From the NCBI RefSeq assembly GCF_006345805.1, contig NW_021837036.1, forward strand, positions 1 through 64,000: a DNA stretch of 64,000 nucleotides. The letters are read 5' to 3'. A program made the position numbers and the translations under genes. Numbering within the stretch: the stretch's first letter is position 1; each line of letters starts with the position of its first letter. The DNA comes from Octopus sinensis. Taxonomy: Eukaryota. The notes under the pieces are model-generated. The model did no database searches. It had not been told where the DNA came from and worked only from the letters and a program-made list of their open reading frames with translations. Shown piece after piece: positions 41,031-54,764 of the stretch.

Positions 41031-41549
41031 TCAGTAGTTTTATTTTTATAGCGTGCTTTCACTTCACTACCGAGCGCAGTTCTGTGCGCATTGGGTATGT
41101 GTTGTGATTTGTTGTGATGCTCTGATGGTTACTGTATTGAAAGTGTTCTGCGTAGGATGTGTGCAGTGCCTAGTAGTGCAATTTCTGTATGTTATATGTG
41201 TTTGTAAGTCCTGGTGTTTTTGTTATGTATTTGTCTGAATATTTTTTTATCATACCTAATACGCCTACTATGATAGGGATTGTTTCTGTTTTTAGATTCC
41301 ACATTCTAGTTACCTCTATTTCCAGGTCTTTGTATTTTGAAAGTTTCTCCATTTCTTTTTAGCATTTTTTTCTTCATGATCTCTGACAACTATATCTGGC
41401 CTGTTGGCCTTAATTTCTCTATCTGTGTGTATTGGCATATCCCAGAGTATGGTTTCTTTCTCGTTTTCTGTGACCTTTTCTGGTGTGTGCTTATACCATC
41501 TTCTTTCTGTTGTTATTCTATAATGTTTGCATTATTCCATAATGCCAAA

Positions 41550-41550
<1 letters not shown>
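41031..41550 (-). mobile_element. R4/Dong-type LINE 3' end between (TAA)n arrays
   Basis: Nearly identical to 34554-34907 at the 3' end. Confidence 0.9.
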
Positions 41551-41607
<57 letters not shown>

Positions 41608-41953
41608 TATTATTGAAAACGTCGTGCAGTATTCACTATTGTAATGGCGTAGAATACATGCATTGTATGCTCCGAGGATTTGTCATGTCACGACAAGGAT
41701 CCCAGGCAGCCGTTGTATGCGAGCAGTTCAAGTAAAGCCGATTGTTGCACTACACCAAGATTGTAGGGTATTTCTAAAGTGTGCAGATGCTCCTTCGGAT
41801 CGGGTGGTATTCAACTCAAAGCTCCGATGACAAAAAGAAACAACTTTTATGCTTGACTGCCTCAGCTGCCACGTCTTGATGATCTCAATTTTCTGGTCTT
41901 CATTTATTGTTGTTGTTGTTGTTGATGATGTTGATGAAGATGATGATGATGAA

Positions 41954-41994
<41 letters not shown>

Positions 41995-42005
41995 GGATGA
42001 TGATG

Positions 42006-42041
<36 letters not shown>

Positions 42042-42683
42042 ATGATGGAGATGATGATGCTGATGGTGATGATGATGATGATGATGGAGATGATGATGCT
42101 GATGGTGATGATGATGATGTTATTGTTGTTGATGTTACATAACATTACCCCACACATTTCTTCAAAATGTCGATGTGTTGCTATATTGGTTATGTGTGGT
42201 GGTGTATGCGAACGTTTGTGTGTGCTTGTATCCGTGTATGTGTATATATATACATACATACATACGTACGTACGTACATACATACATATATAAATACTCA
42301 CATACAAACCTACATATATACATACATACAAACATATGTACATCTATATATACATTCGTACGTGCATACATACATGCATGCATACATATATACATGCATA
42401 CACATACGCACGCACGGATGCACATACATACATACATACATACATACATACATACATACATACATACATACATGCATTGAATCGCACGGGCATGCATATA
42501 TACATACATATAGGCGTTTGAAATCTTGTCTTTCAAAACCTAGTAACAGTTGCACATGACACCTCACGTATACAGTAGTATATGGAATACAATCTTGCGT
42601 AGACAACAAGTTTGAAGGAACAAAATATGTGAATGGAAAACAAATCGGAAACATGCATTGAAATGCACGCACAAACTCACACA

Positions 42684-42722
<39 letters not shown>

Positions 42723-42819
42723 ATTTACACACGTACACGTTAAGGAAGCTATAGACATACACACTGAGCTGTACTACATTTTGGTAATGCAAGGTAAACC
42801 ATTCCAACCCACTCAAACA

Positions 42820-43260
42820 AAACGCTGCGTTGTGATTGGCTGAATATCAGCCGTCTCCCTGGTAGCAATGGCATCGAAATATCTGTCGAACTGTAATGGA
42901 GTTTGTCAGATCATCAGCTAAGTGTTGTACACGTTGAGCGATAAACGGTCGTTGTTGAAGAGATAGTTGAACAAACATCAAAGTTGTTTAGTACCAATTT
43001 GTCAGTGAAGAAGCGAGTACCTCTAAATGAATTGCCCAGAATGATGATAATGGACTGAGAAGATTTTGTAAAAAGAGAAAAACATTCTACAATCTTAGCA
43101 GGGCAGAAATTGAAAGTGAAAATGAATCTGGCTGACGGCAGCCGGTAAAAGATGGAAGTTTTGCAAGATGGCCGCCGCTGGGGGTTATTTTCGTTGTTAC
43201 GTCGCGAACGCACTTACGTGTGACAGTAAATGACTAAATTGACGTCGGGGAGGTGTATGG
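42820..43260. promoter_or_regulatory. Candidate promoter/5' exon region
   Basis: Non-repetitive and CpG-enriched; inverted CCAAT box TGATTGGCTG (42833-42842); YY1-type CAAGATGGCCGCC (43164-43176). Confidence 0.4.
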
Positions 43261-43616
43261 TGTGGAGCTGGTAGAAGATGTGGTGTATCTATCTTGCTTC
43301 AAAGTAAAACAGAAATTGCAATGAGGTGCGGAGAAAGAGAGAGAGATGTAAGGGGTTATGGGGCAGGGCAGAGGGTTGGATAATGTGAAAAATGGTTTTC
43401 TTTTTCTTTTGCCTATACGCAATTTACGAATTAATAGATGAGCACTGTTTTACATTAAAAGCTGTGTGTAAATATGAGACACGTGTGCGAACGTGTGAAC
43501 GTGTGCGTGTGAGTGTGTGTGTACAAACGAATGCGTGCATGTGTGCGTTGTTGCTGTTTGTGTGTGATTATGTTTGCATGCGAATGAGAAAAGAAGTGAG
43601 TAAATGTAATCACGCA

Positions 43617-43648
<32 letters not shown>

Positions 43649-44584
43649 GAGTATATACACAGACATATACGTACATATATACATATATACTACTATAAAT
43701 ATAAATGTGTGTGTGTATATATATATATATATTTATATATGTGTGTGTGTGTGTGTGTGTGTGCGTGCACATGTATACGTAGATTCACGCACATGTATAT
43801 GAGCGCATTATCATGTGTGAGTTTACGTGTGATTGTATGTCCACCTGTGTATGTGTGTGTGTAAGCGTGTGCATATGTGTGACCGTCTGTCGCTACCTAA
43901 GCTTTAATGTATATCGTGTGTTTGGCCATCCGGTGTGTTTAATGGTATATCCGTATGTTCTACCATATGTATGTATATATGTATATATATATACATATAT
44001 AAATACATACATGCACACACACACACACACACCCGTATGCATGTATATAATATATATATGTATATATGATATTTATACACACACGCACATATATACACAT
44101 ACGTGCATACGTTGATATATGCGTATGAAAATACCTAAATATTACTATAATTATGGCGGTGTGTATGTGCGTATACGCTTGCTCGTCTGTGTGTGTAAGT
44201 GCAATTGTGTATGTGTGTGTGTGTGTCTGTATGTGCGAGAGTGCGTGCGCGAGTATATGAGTCTATGAACGAGTGTATACATAATTTTATGTTGTCTTCA
44301 CAATAGTGTTTAACTTCATGTATTTTTCTATGTACATATGTATGCATTTTGTACATATGTATGCATTTTGCGTGTATATTTGTATGCATGCGTATATATA
44401 TATGTACGCATTCGTCCATGTATGCATGTAAGCATCTACGCATCTATTTTTCCCCATCCTTATTTATGTATATGCGTATATTCCTACAGAGTATCATATA
44501 TAAGTCAATGTATTTTACGACGTAATATCTTATGGGTGTGTATATGCGCATGTCTGAAAACGATATATATATATATATATATAT

Positions 44585-44655
<71 letters not shown>

Positions 44656-44658
44656 GTA

Positions 44659-44694
<36 letters not shown>

Positions 44695-44884
44695 TGTATG
44701 TATGTATATATATATATTATATATATATATTATGTGGGTGTGTGTATATGTATATATATATATTATATATATATATGTATGCATGTATGTACGCATGTAT
44801 GTATGCGCTTAGATGATTCATTTTCACTTTCAATAAATATATGTGTGTGTGTGCATAAATACACATACATATATGCATTACTTA

Positions 44885-45057
44885 CATACATACGTACATA
44901 CATGCATATTGCACGAATAGCCATGCAGATATTTACACATGATAACAAACCTATATATGAATATATATATGTATGTATATGTATCTATGTATGTAGGTAT
45001 CTAGTAGTACAAGAATGTGTGTGCGAGTGTAAGAGTTGGAGTGTTTATATGCATGTT

Positions 45058-45122
<65 letters not shown>

Positions 45123-46440
45123 ATATATGTGGGTTTGTTAAGTGTTCTGGGCAAAGTATTTCTGGAAGGAGCAGGGAGTCGAAAATAAGTAATAAACGTC
45201 TCCAGAAATTAATGATTGAAATTGTATCTATTGATCTATAGATCTAACTATGTATTCAGGCATTTGTTACCACACACACAGACACACACACACAGACACA
45301 CACAACACACACACACACACCGAGGCCGACATGTGCTCACACAGATTTCCACAGATATTTATTATTACAAACGATGCATGCATTACTTACATACACACAT
45401 ATATTACTCCATACATGCATATTACACGAATAGTCATGCATATTTACACATGATAATATAAGTATGCATACATATATGTATGTATGTGTGTTTGTGTGTT
45501 TGTGTGTGTGTGTGTGGTGTGTGTGTGTGTGGGTGTGTGTGTGTGTGTGGTGGTGTGTGTGTGTTTAATATATGTGGGTTTGTTAAGTGTTCTGGGCAAA
45601 GTATTCTGTGAAGGAGCGGGAGTCGAAAATAAGTAATAAACGTCTCCAGAAATTAATGATTGAAATTGTATCTATTGATCTATAGATCTAACTATGTATT
45701 CAGGCATTTGTTACCACACACACAGACACACACACACAGACACACACAACACACACACACACACCGAGGCCGACATGTGCTCACACAGATTTCCACAGAT
45801 ATTTATTATTACAAACGATGCATGCATTACTTACATACACACATATATTACTCCATACATGCATATTACACGAATAGTCATGCATATTTACACATGATAA
45901 TATAAGTATGCATACATATATGTATGTATGTGTGTTTGTGTGTTTGTGTGTGTGTGTGTGGTGTGTGTGTGTGTGGGTGTGTGTGTGTGTGTGGTGGTGT
46001 GTGTGTGTTTAATATATGTGGGTTTGTTAAGTGTTCTGGGCAAAGTATTCTGTGAAGGAGCGGGAGTCGAAAATAAGTAATAAACGTCTCCAGAAATTAA
46101 TGATTGAAATTGTATCTATTGATCTATAGATCTAACTATGTATTCAGGCATTTGTTACCACACACACAGACACACACACACAGACACACACACACACACA
46201 CACACACACCGAGGCCGACATTTGCTCACACAGATTTCCACAGATATTTATTATTACAAACGATGCATGCATTACTTACATTACACACATATATTACTCC
46301 ATACATGCATATTACACGAATAGTCATGATATATTACACATGATAATATAAGTGCATACATATATGTATGTATGTGTGTTTGTGTGTTTGTGTGTGGTGT
46401 GGTGTGTGTGTGGGTGTGTGTGTGTGTGTGTGTGTGTGTC
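44885..46440. repeat. Tandem triplication of a ~444-bp unit plus a diverged partial copy
   Basis: The same ORF starts at 45216, 45660 and 46104; unit starts near 45121, 45566 and 46010. Confidence 0.92.
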
Positions 46441-46816
46441 GGTGTGTGCGTGTGAGTGTGTTGGTGTGTGTACACGTTAACATTACATACATGTGTAGAC
46501 ATACTTATGAAACCTCTTATATCTATATCCGAAATTACTGTCTCTTTACAGAACGTTGCAGACAAGCATACACACCTACATTTAATTCTACTGATGTACG
46601 CAGGTATATATATATATATATATTATATAATATACAATATATATGCATATATATATATATATATATACATATATATATGCATATATATATATATATACAT
46701 GTACATATGTGTATTCATAATATATATATATATGAATACACATATGTACATGTATATATATATGCATATATATATAATATATATATATTATATATATATA
46801 TATATAATATATATGC

Positions 46817-46847
<31 letters not shown>

Positions 46848-46951
46848 TATATATATATATACACGTATGCATGTGTGCATACATATACATACAACTTATA
46901 ATATATATATAAATATGTATTCATGTGTGCATACATATACATACATACTTA

Positions 46952-46995
<44 letters not shown>

Positions 46996-47067
46996 TTGCA
47001 TACATATCCACATACTCGTAGATATTTACATTCAGTAAGAAATACACTTATAAACTATACAAAAGCG

Positions 47068-47115
<48 letters not shown>

Positions 47116-47539
47116 CACTCACACAAACACACACTTTTACGAACGCACACACACGTGTACGCACATGCATACACCGACAATTACTTACATCGAGGTACTT
47201 ACTATACTTATCAAAAGTTTGAACAAAAGATGCTTGAACGAATCGGGTTTTCGATCTAAAGTGAGAGCCTGATTGCGGGGTTGGAGGTTGGCTGTGATGG
47301 GTGGTCGGTGGGTGGAGTGTGGGGTGGAAAAACCAATCAATTAATGATCAATTTTTATATTAGGCCTAAAAGGCCAACTTATAAGAGATAATTAAACACA
47401 CAACAGAAATGGAAATGAATGAAGACAGGTGAAAATGTTTGTAGATATTCGCTAAGCAAATAGGAAAGCAAAGAAGCTAAATGACTGTTGGCTGTTTTGT
47501 TTGACTGAAGAGATTGACTGCCAAAAATCATCAATGGTA

Positions 47540-47561
47540 GTGATGGTGATGGTGATGATGG

Positions 47562-47596
<35 letters not shown>

Positions 47597-47642
47597 ATGT
47601 TGGTGGTGGTGGTGGTAGTAGGATGATAATTATTATCAATAT

Positions 47643-47673
<31 letters not shown>

Positions 47674-47990
47674 AAGACGGCCATGATGATGATTATCATC
47701 ATCAACATCATCATTATGATGATTATGATGATGATTAAGAAGGAAAAGAAGAAGAATTAGAAGAAGAAGAAGAAGAAGAAGAAGAAGAAGAAGAAAAAGA
47801 AGATGAAGAAAAAGAAGAAGAAGAAGAAGAAGAAGAAGAAGAGGATGACGACAACGACGACAGCCATAATGATGATTATCATCATCATTATGATTATGAT
47901 GATGATGAAGAAGAAGAAGAAGAAGAAGAAGAAGAAGAAGAAAGAAGAAGAAGAAGAAGAAGAAGAGAAGAAGAAGAAGAGGAAACCTAC
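47540..47990. repeat. (GAT)n/(AAG)n compound trinucleotide tract
   Basis: Direct observation. Confidence 0.95.
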
Positions 47991-48392
47991 GATAATAGTG
48001 ACGGGGACGACGACGGTGACGACGACGGTGACGAACAACAACAACAACAATGACAAAAGCATTTCTTATGGCGCTTGTGGTGGAAGCGATGGTGTTGAGG
48101 AGGCGCAGGAAGCCGAAGAGGATCAAAGATGAGCATAACAAACGGTGGAAACATAAAAAACATAGAAGATGCAATGGATGTTTATTTCTCTTGCTCTTTT
48201 CTTTAGTTTCTCTTCTTGATGTTGTTGTTCTTGCTGTTGTTCTCTGCCATTGTATTATCTATAATAATGTTATTTAGTATTAATGCAAGACATTGTCTAA
48301 CGAGCGACTTAATAGTAAAAAGTGAGATCCTGAAGAGTGGAGATGGAAAAGCGGGTTCATTCCTTGGTTAAAACCGTTAACTTTATGTTACA

Positions 48393-48548
48393 TAGTGGCT
48401 GTGTGGTACGTAGCTTGCTTCGAACACATGGTTCCGGTTTCAGTCCCACTGCGTGGCGCCTTGGGCTAGTGTCTTCTACTATAGCCTCGGGCCGACCAAA
48501 GCCTTGTGAGTGGATTTGGTAGACGGAAACTGAAAGAAGCCTGTCGTA

Positions 48549-48614
<66 letters not shown>

Positions 48615-48846
48615 GTGTGTCTGTGTGAGTGTGTGTGTCTGTGTTTGTCCCCTAGCATTGCTTGACAACCGATGTTGGTGTGTTTACGTCTCCGTAACTT
48701 AGCGGTTCAGCAAAAGAGACAGATAGAATAAGTACTAGGCTTACAAAGAATAAGTCATGGGGTCGATTTGCTCGACTAAAGGCGGTGCTCCAGCATGGCC
48801 ACAGTCAAATGACTGAAATAAGTAAAAGAGTAAAAGAGTAAAGAGT
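48393..48846 (+). mobile_element. SINE family A copy
   Basis: Head to (TAAAAGAG)3 tail. Confidence 0.9.
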
Positions 48847-48989
48847 ATATGATATAAGTTTTGAGAGAGAGAGAGAGAGAGAGGGAGATAGAGAGAGAGA
48901 GGGAGAGAGAGAGAGAGGACTAAACGATTTGAATGTCTCGTTTTATTTCAAAATCTGCTTAATTTATTAGTGACAACTCAATAACGCTG

Positions 48990-50450
48990 AAGAGCATAAA
49001 ATTGAAGTTGCTGTTGAGTAAAAGGTAGCTAAAACGGAGGACTGGAAGCCATCTGAATACTGCCTGTATCACTGTGATTCGCGCCGGGTATCAAAATTCC
49101 AGCATCATGACAACTGCTCAATGCTCTGTGAAGGCTGTGAAGTCTGTAAGATATGACATGAACGGCTACAACGAAGATTACGAAGCCGTGTCAGACAAAA
49201 GTGACACAGCAGATGTTCTGACTGCGTTCTACCATGGATCTACCATGGATAATTCCCAGATGTCCTTGGTGCTACCAGTTCGACAACTGGAGGACAAGGT
49301 GACTGAAGTTTCAAGCAAGGGTATCCGAGCTTCGGTGAGAGAAATGGGTGTTAGTGATACTACCATGAAGCTGTCCCTTGTATACCCTGAATAGGGACCT
49401 TCGCTACAACTCGTAGAAAAGGCACAAGGGACTAGCTTTGACAGCCAAGACCAAGGAGAACCACTTGACGAAGGCAAAGAAGTTCCTGAACCAGCAGAGG
49501 CATCTTGTTGAGCTGAAAATAATCTGGTTCTTCTCAAATAAAAGAACTTGTGCCAGAATCAGTTGCACAGAAGTACGTGTGGCTTTCTTCTATCCACGTC
49601 ATGTACTCCTATTCATGAACACTAAATTCTCTCAAAATGCGATGGTTTTGGGGTGTTTCCAATGAGGGTGGTGTCATGCCGACTCACATCTTTGAACAGG
49701 GGGGGGGGGGAGATTGAACCTACACTTGCCTCCTTATGAGAGCTCAAAATCTCTCGTGGAAGCGTCATCCAACCAAAGTACAAATATATGGGAAACTACC
49801 ACCTGTGTCATCTCTTGTGAAAGGTAGAAGAGTCCAGTTTGCTGGATATTGTTGTAGAGCTGAAAACGAGGCAATTTCTACTCTTCTCCTCTGGAAGCCA
49901 TCTGCTTGTGATACCAGAGGGCGCACACTCTCCTACCCTGATGTAATCTCCAGGGATACAGGCATCCAGCAACAGGACCTCCGTAATGCTATGATGGACC
50001 GTGAAGTCTGGCGTAGCATGGTAAATTCCATTGTCTGGACCACGGTCGAACAATGATGATGATGATTGAACAGGGCCTTAGACTCAATTCAGACGGCTAT
50101 GTGAAGCTGCAGGAGACTGTGGTCGAATTCTGACTTGAGAGGGATGAGTATTACTGCTGGGAGGACATTTGTGTGGCGGCAGGATTTGGCTCTTTGTCAT
50201 ATCCCCGGAAAGTTTCAGAAGTAGTTGTCGGTAAATTTATACGGCTTCACCAGCCCCGATGTCTGACTTCCTAATTCCTCGATTGTCATCCCATAGATTA
50301 CTAAGTGCAGCGCGCGTTTAAGAAAGACACCAACCGCCTGTCTTCGACACCAAGGCCGATATGCTGGCCAAGATCAAGGACATGTTCGAAGATCTTCCCA
50401 GGGACACGGTGAGTAACGCATGTTCCAGATCTCGACGGCTGTAACACAAA
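48990..50450 (+). mobile_element. Decayed DD37D (maT-like) transposon interrupted by a LINE
   Basis: WKPSE..VIRAG N-terminus, KTKENHLTKAKK, WFFS, MVLG, PTHIFEQG, then after the insertion GRTFVW, YGFTSP, DTNR...KIKDMFEDLPRDTV.NACSR; collinear with 30600-31050. Confidence 0.8.
49702..50065 (+). mobile_element. 5'-truncated RTE-clade-like LINE with (TGA)n tail and 10-bp TSD
   Basis: RRVQFAGYCCRA...LLLWKP...RGRTLSYPDVISRDTG...AMMDREVWR; TTGAACAGGG at 49692-49701 and 50066-50075. Confidence 0.85.
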
Positions 50451-50586
50451 CATTATTACTCATATAATGGAGTAATTAATGTGTGAAAATATAGAAGTAC
50501 ATAACTAATTACTCAAAATGTGATTTTCCACCAGGAAAATAAAAATCTGAAATCCAAATACGGTTACTGTTTATGTGTGTGTGTGT

Positions 50587-50626
<40 letters not shown>

Positions 50627-51620
50627 ATACCAAATTGCCGCCTTTTATTGTGCAAATAAGGTACTTTGGAAAGACACGAATGACAAAAAATTTCGCAGTG
50701 TAACGTAGCCCTAAAACGCAAGAGTAACTGTTGTTGTTGCCGTGTGATCTAAGGGAGATTTACCTGCTATTTCTAGCAAGTCGAGCAACTGAGTAGAGAG
50801 GCAACCTTGTTGGCATGTATATATTGTATTGGTTGGGATTAGTGGGAGTCCAGAGAGTAGACCCGTGGAGCTTATTAACAACATTTTGTTTCCGCTCTCT
50901 GCATTCGGATTTCAGATTCTACTAGAGTCAAATCACATTTTGATTCCTGAAACCGCAGTGGAATCCCTGAGCTGCTATAATGAATTTTGCTCATTGACAT
51001 TTTATGAAAGATAGCGCGAGATTCGGGGCTGGGCACTTAGAATGTCGCCAGGCGCTTACTGCCCTTTACCAGCCGGGCAATGGTATCGGTGTATGTTCCA
51101 GTGTAACAATATAGAGAGAAATAATGGCAGGGAAGAGCGACAACGTCATCGGGGAGTCTCTGGGGGTAGACGGAAACGAACTGGTTATTCCAGAGGACTT
51201 TCCGATCAGGATCTACCATGGATAATTTCCAGATGTCCTTCGTGCTACCAGTTCAAGACAAACTGTGTAGACCTGTGAAAAGGGGAATTGGAGAGGGTAC
51301 TTGCTCTTAGTGTTCAAAGAGATCTTAGACGGTAGGGGTTTTCGATTATCCCTAGAGGTTCTCCGGTAGAGAAGGACCACATCATTATCACCCTTTTTTC
51401 TTCTTTCCATTTACTGTTGTATACTATCTATACTTCCCTACTTCGTTTCATTGTAAATCGGGCATATTTTTTATCACTTCATTCAGTCCGTCTTTATATT
51501 GTCCCCCTCATCTTTCGACCTGGTAGCAAATAAAAGAAATCGTTATTATTTTTATTATTATTATCATTATTATAATTGTTGTTGTTATTGTTGTTGCTGT
51601 TGTTGCTGTTATTATTATTA

Positions 51621-51653
<33 letters not shown>

Positions 51654-51688
51654 TATTATTATTATTATTATCATTATTATTATTATTA

Positions 51689-53910
51689 CTTTTTTTTTCT
51701 TCTTTCAAATTTTCTTCCATTTCTTGTCGAGTGTCTTCCCGACTCCTAGGGCAAAGAAACTCATAGTGTATATTGGTAGGCCATTAAACCAAACTCAGTA
51801 GTTCGTTCATTTTTTTTTTTCTTTTTTAAAGTTAAATTAAAATACATGAGCAGCAACAGTTCTCACATCGACAATGCTCTTCTCAATACGTGTGATGTAC
51901 CAGTTAAGACAATCTTTTGCACTTCTTGCAGGGATGGTAAGCCAGGGATCATTCTCATATAATTTTCGGTTCCCTTCTTGATCATTCCTAGTGCTCCTAC
52001 GATCACTGGTATTGTAACCGCCTTGAGATGCCACATTTTCTCAATTTCAATGAGTAGGTCTTTATATTTTCTGAGCTTGTCAAACTCTTTCGCTGAGATA
52101 TTATGATCACAGGGGATGCTCATGTCGATCAATAAGCAAACTTTATTGTTTTGGTCTTTCACAACAATATCTGGTTTATTGGCCTTGATGGTTCGGTCTG
52201 TATGTACTGGAAAGTCCCACAGAATGGTTACATTTTCTCCTTCAGTTACAGCCTCAGGGTGGTGATTATACCACTTGTCGGCAGTTTTGATATTGTAATG
52301 CCGACTTATTAGCCAGTGGAGATATTGGCCAACTCTGTCATGTCTTAATTTATACTCCACTGGTGCTAAGACTTTACATCCAGAGATTAGGTGGTCCACT
52401 GTTTCAATCATGTCGTTGCAGAATCGGCATTTGGGGTCTGCTCCATTTTTCATCACATTGGCCTGGTAGTTCCGGGTTGATAGGCTTTGGTCTTGAGCAG
52501 CAGGATGAAACCTTCGCTCTCTGCTTTTAGCCCTGAGCTCCGCAGCCACTGATGGGTTTGCTTCTGGTCAACATCAGCTTGTTTGCTGCGGGTCACATAT
52601 TTGCCGTGCATAGGTTTCTCCTCCCACCTATCAGCCAATTGCTCGTGCGCTTTTTTCATTGCCATCATTTTCACCTTCTTTGCAACAATAGTTGCCGTAC
52701 TTCCCTCGGGTTTTGTTCAGTTTGGGTATCCTGCACGAGATCAATAGCAAATTTTTTGCTTTCCTTGATGATAGAATGAAGCTTCTTTCGTCTCTCGTGA
52801 TTTTCCACGAGCTTTAGCATCCAGTCATTCGATATTTCGAGATATTTGGCCAGTCCAATTGTGGTTGTTTTGTAAGCTAGTTCAAATTGGATCAGGGCTC
52901 GACCTCCTTGGGCTCTGGGAAGGTAAAGGCAATCTACGTCTGCCTTTGGGTGGTGCATCCTATTACAACTCAGCAGCTTGCGTATTTTTCTATCTATATT
53001 CTTTACTTCACTCATATCCAGTTCAACACATTGTAGCTATAAGTAACAACTGGAACTGCTAGGGAATTTATAGCTAACACCTGTTACGTGCATTTAGTTC
53101 AGATTTCAGGACTGCACGAACTCTCCTATAACATTCCTTCCTGATTTTCTCTTTCATGCTTGCATGCTGAATACCAGAGCCTTCATTTATCCCTAAATAT
53201 TTGTATGTTTGTTCTTGCTCAAGCTCTCTTATGACTGTGTCAACATCTAACACGACTGAATTTGTGGTCTTCACTTTCCCTTTCTGGAAAGTGGCCTTGG
53301 CACACTTCTCAAGTCCAAACTCCATCGCTGAATGATTTCACGGTGCGCAATAGGCCTTCAAGTTCATTATTGTCTTTACCATAAAGTTTTAAGTCATCCA
53401 TATAAAATAGATGGCTTATTTTTTTATTGGCAATTTTATACCCATACCTTGTTCTGTTTAATTCACTTGTAAGGGGTATTAGGGCTATGCAGAATATTAA
53501 AGGTGAAAGTGAGTCACCTTGAAAACTTCCACAGTTGATGTTTATATTTTCTGAGGCAAGTACTCCATTAGAGTGGTATAATTGGAGATTCGTATTCCAC
53601 AACGACATATTGTGCTTCAGGAAGTTTGAAATCACAGGGGAAATTTTGAAGATGTCCAGCGATCTCAAGATCCATGGATGCGGTATACTGTCGAAGGCCT
53701 TTTTATAGTCATCCATGCGGTGCTGAGATTCTGCGCTTGTTGTGACAGTTCTCAAGGATCATACGATTGATTAGCAGTTGATCTTTGCATCCGTAAGAGC
53801 CTCGGCGGCACCCTTTTTGTTCAATGGGGAAAATATCGTTCTTCTCCATGAATGCATATGTTTTCTCCGCCAGGATAGATGTTAGGATTTTATACGTGGT
53901 GGATAGACAG

Positions 53911-53913
<3 letters not shown>
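51689..53913 (-). mobile_element. R4/Dong-type RLE LINE, 2.2 kb, 5'-truncated (RT, CCHC knuckle, RLE)
   Basis: ITCLSTTYKIL, DYKKAFDSIPH, QGDSLSP, YMDDLKLY, CRFC...ETVDHLISGC, KPDIVVKD...LIDMSIP...KE..K..KY; frameshifted; (TAA)n on both sides. Confidence 0.95.
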
Positions 53914-53964
<51 letters not shown>

Positions 53965-53983
53965 ATTATTATTATTATTATTG

Positions 53984-54525
53984 TTATGTTTTTTCCTTCT
54001 TTCTTCAAATTTTCTTCCGTTTCTCGCCGAGTGTGTTCCATACACCTAGAGCAGAGAAGGGCATTGTATGCATTCCCAGATTACACACGCAAATTCACAG
54101 ACAAAATATGTATTTAAAAATTAATAAATAAATGAATTCATGGATGGATGTTATTTTCACAGCGATAGTGCTCTTCTCAGTACATGAGCCGTTCCAGTTA
54201 ATACGATTTTTTGCACTTCCTGTAGGGATGGTAAGCCTGGAATCATTTTCAAATAAGTTTCAGTACCTTTTTTTATCATTTCCAGAGATCCTACAATCAC
54301 TGGTACTGTAGTCGCCTTGAGATGCCACATTTTTTCAATTTCCATTAGCAGGTCTTTATATTTACTGATCTTGTCAAATTCTTTCGCCGCTATATTGTGA
54401 TCGCAAGGAATACTCATGTCAATTAATAAACACGTCCTTTTTGTCTGATCTTTTATAATAATATCCGGTTTATTAGCTTTTATAGCCTGTCGGTCTGCAC
54501 GGGGAAGTCCCATAGAATCGACACA
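53984..54525 (-). mobile_element. R4/Dong-type LINE 3' end (sister subfamily of the 51689 copy)
   Basis: ILWDFP, ANKPDIIIKD...VLRRALSL*; 3' UTR similar to the 51689 copy. Confidence 0.9.
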
Positions 54526-54570
54526 TCATGCGCTGTTTGTCTTGATATGAGATAACCATGTCGCGCACAA

Positions 54571-54764
54571 TTGACAACTGCGTTACACAGGAAATCACAC
54601 AACAACTAAAACCCGATCTTAATAAATTAAGGCAATCGAAAGACGCTGTTTAACACCCAAAAAGCCAACGATAACAAATTCGAAAAGAAAATCAAACTGG
54701 AGGAGTAGAATTGAAACTGAAATTGAATCGTTGCGAAGGGAGATATCAATATTAACTGAGCTAA
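54571..54764 (+). mobile_element. R4-type LINE N-terminal fragment in inverted orientation
   Basis: KSNWRSRIETEIESLRREISILTEL resembles the pre-RT segment at 58770-58900 (-). Confidence 0.6.
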
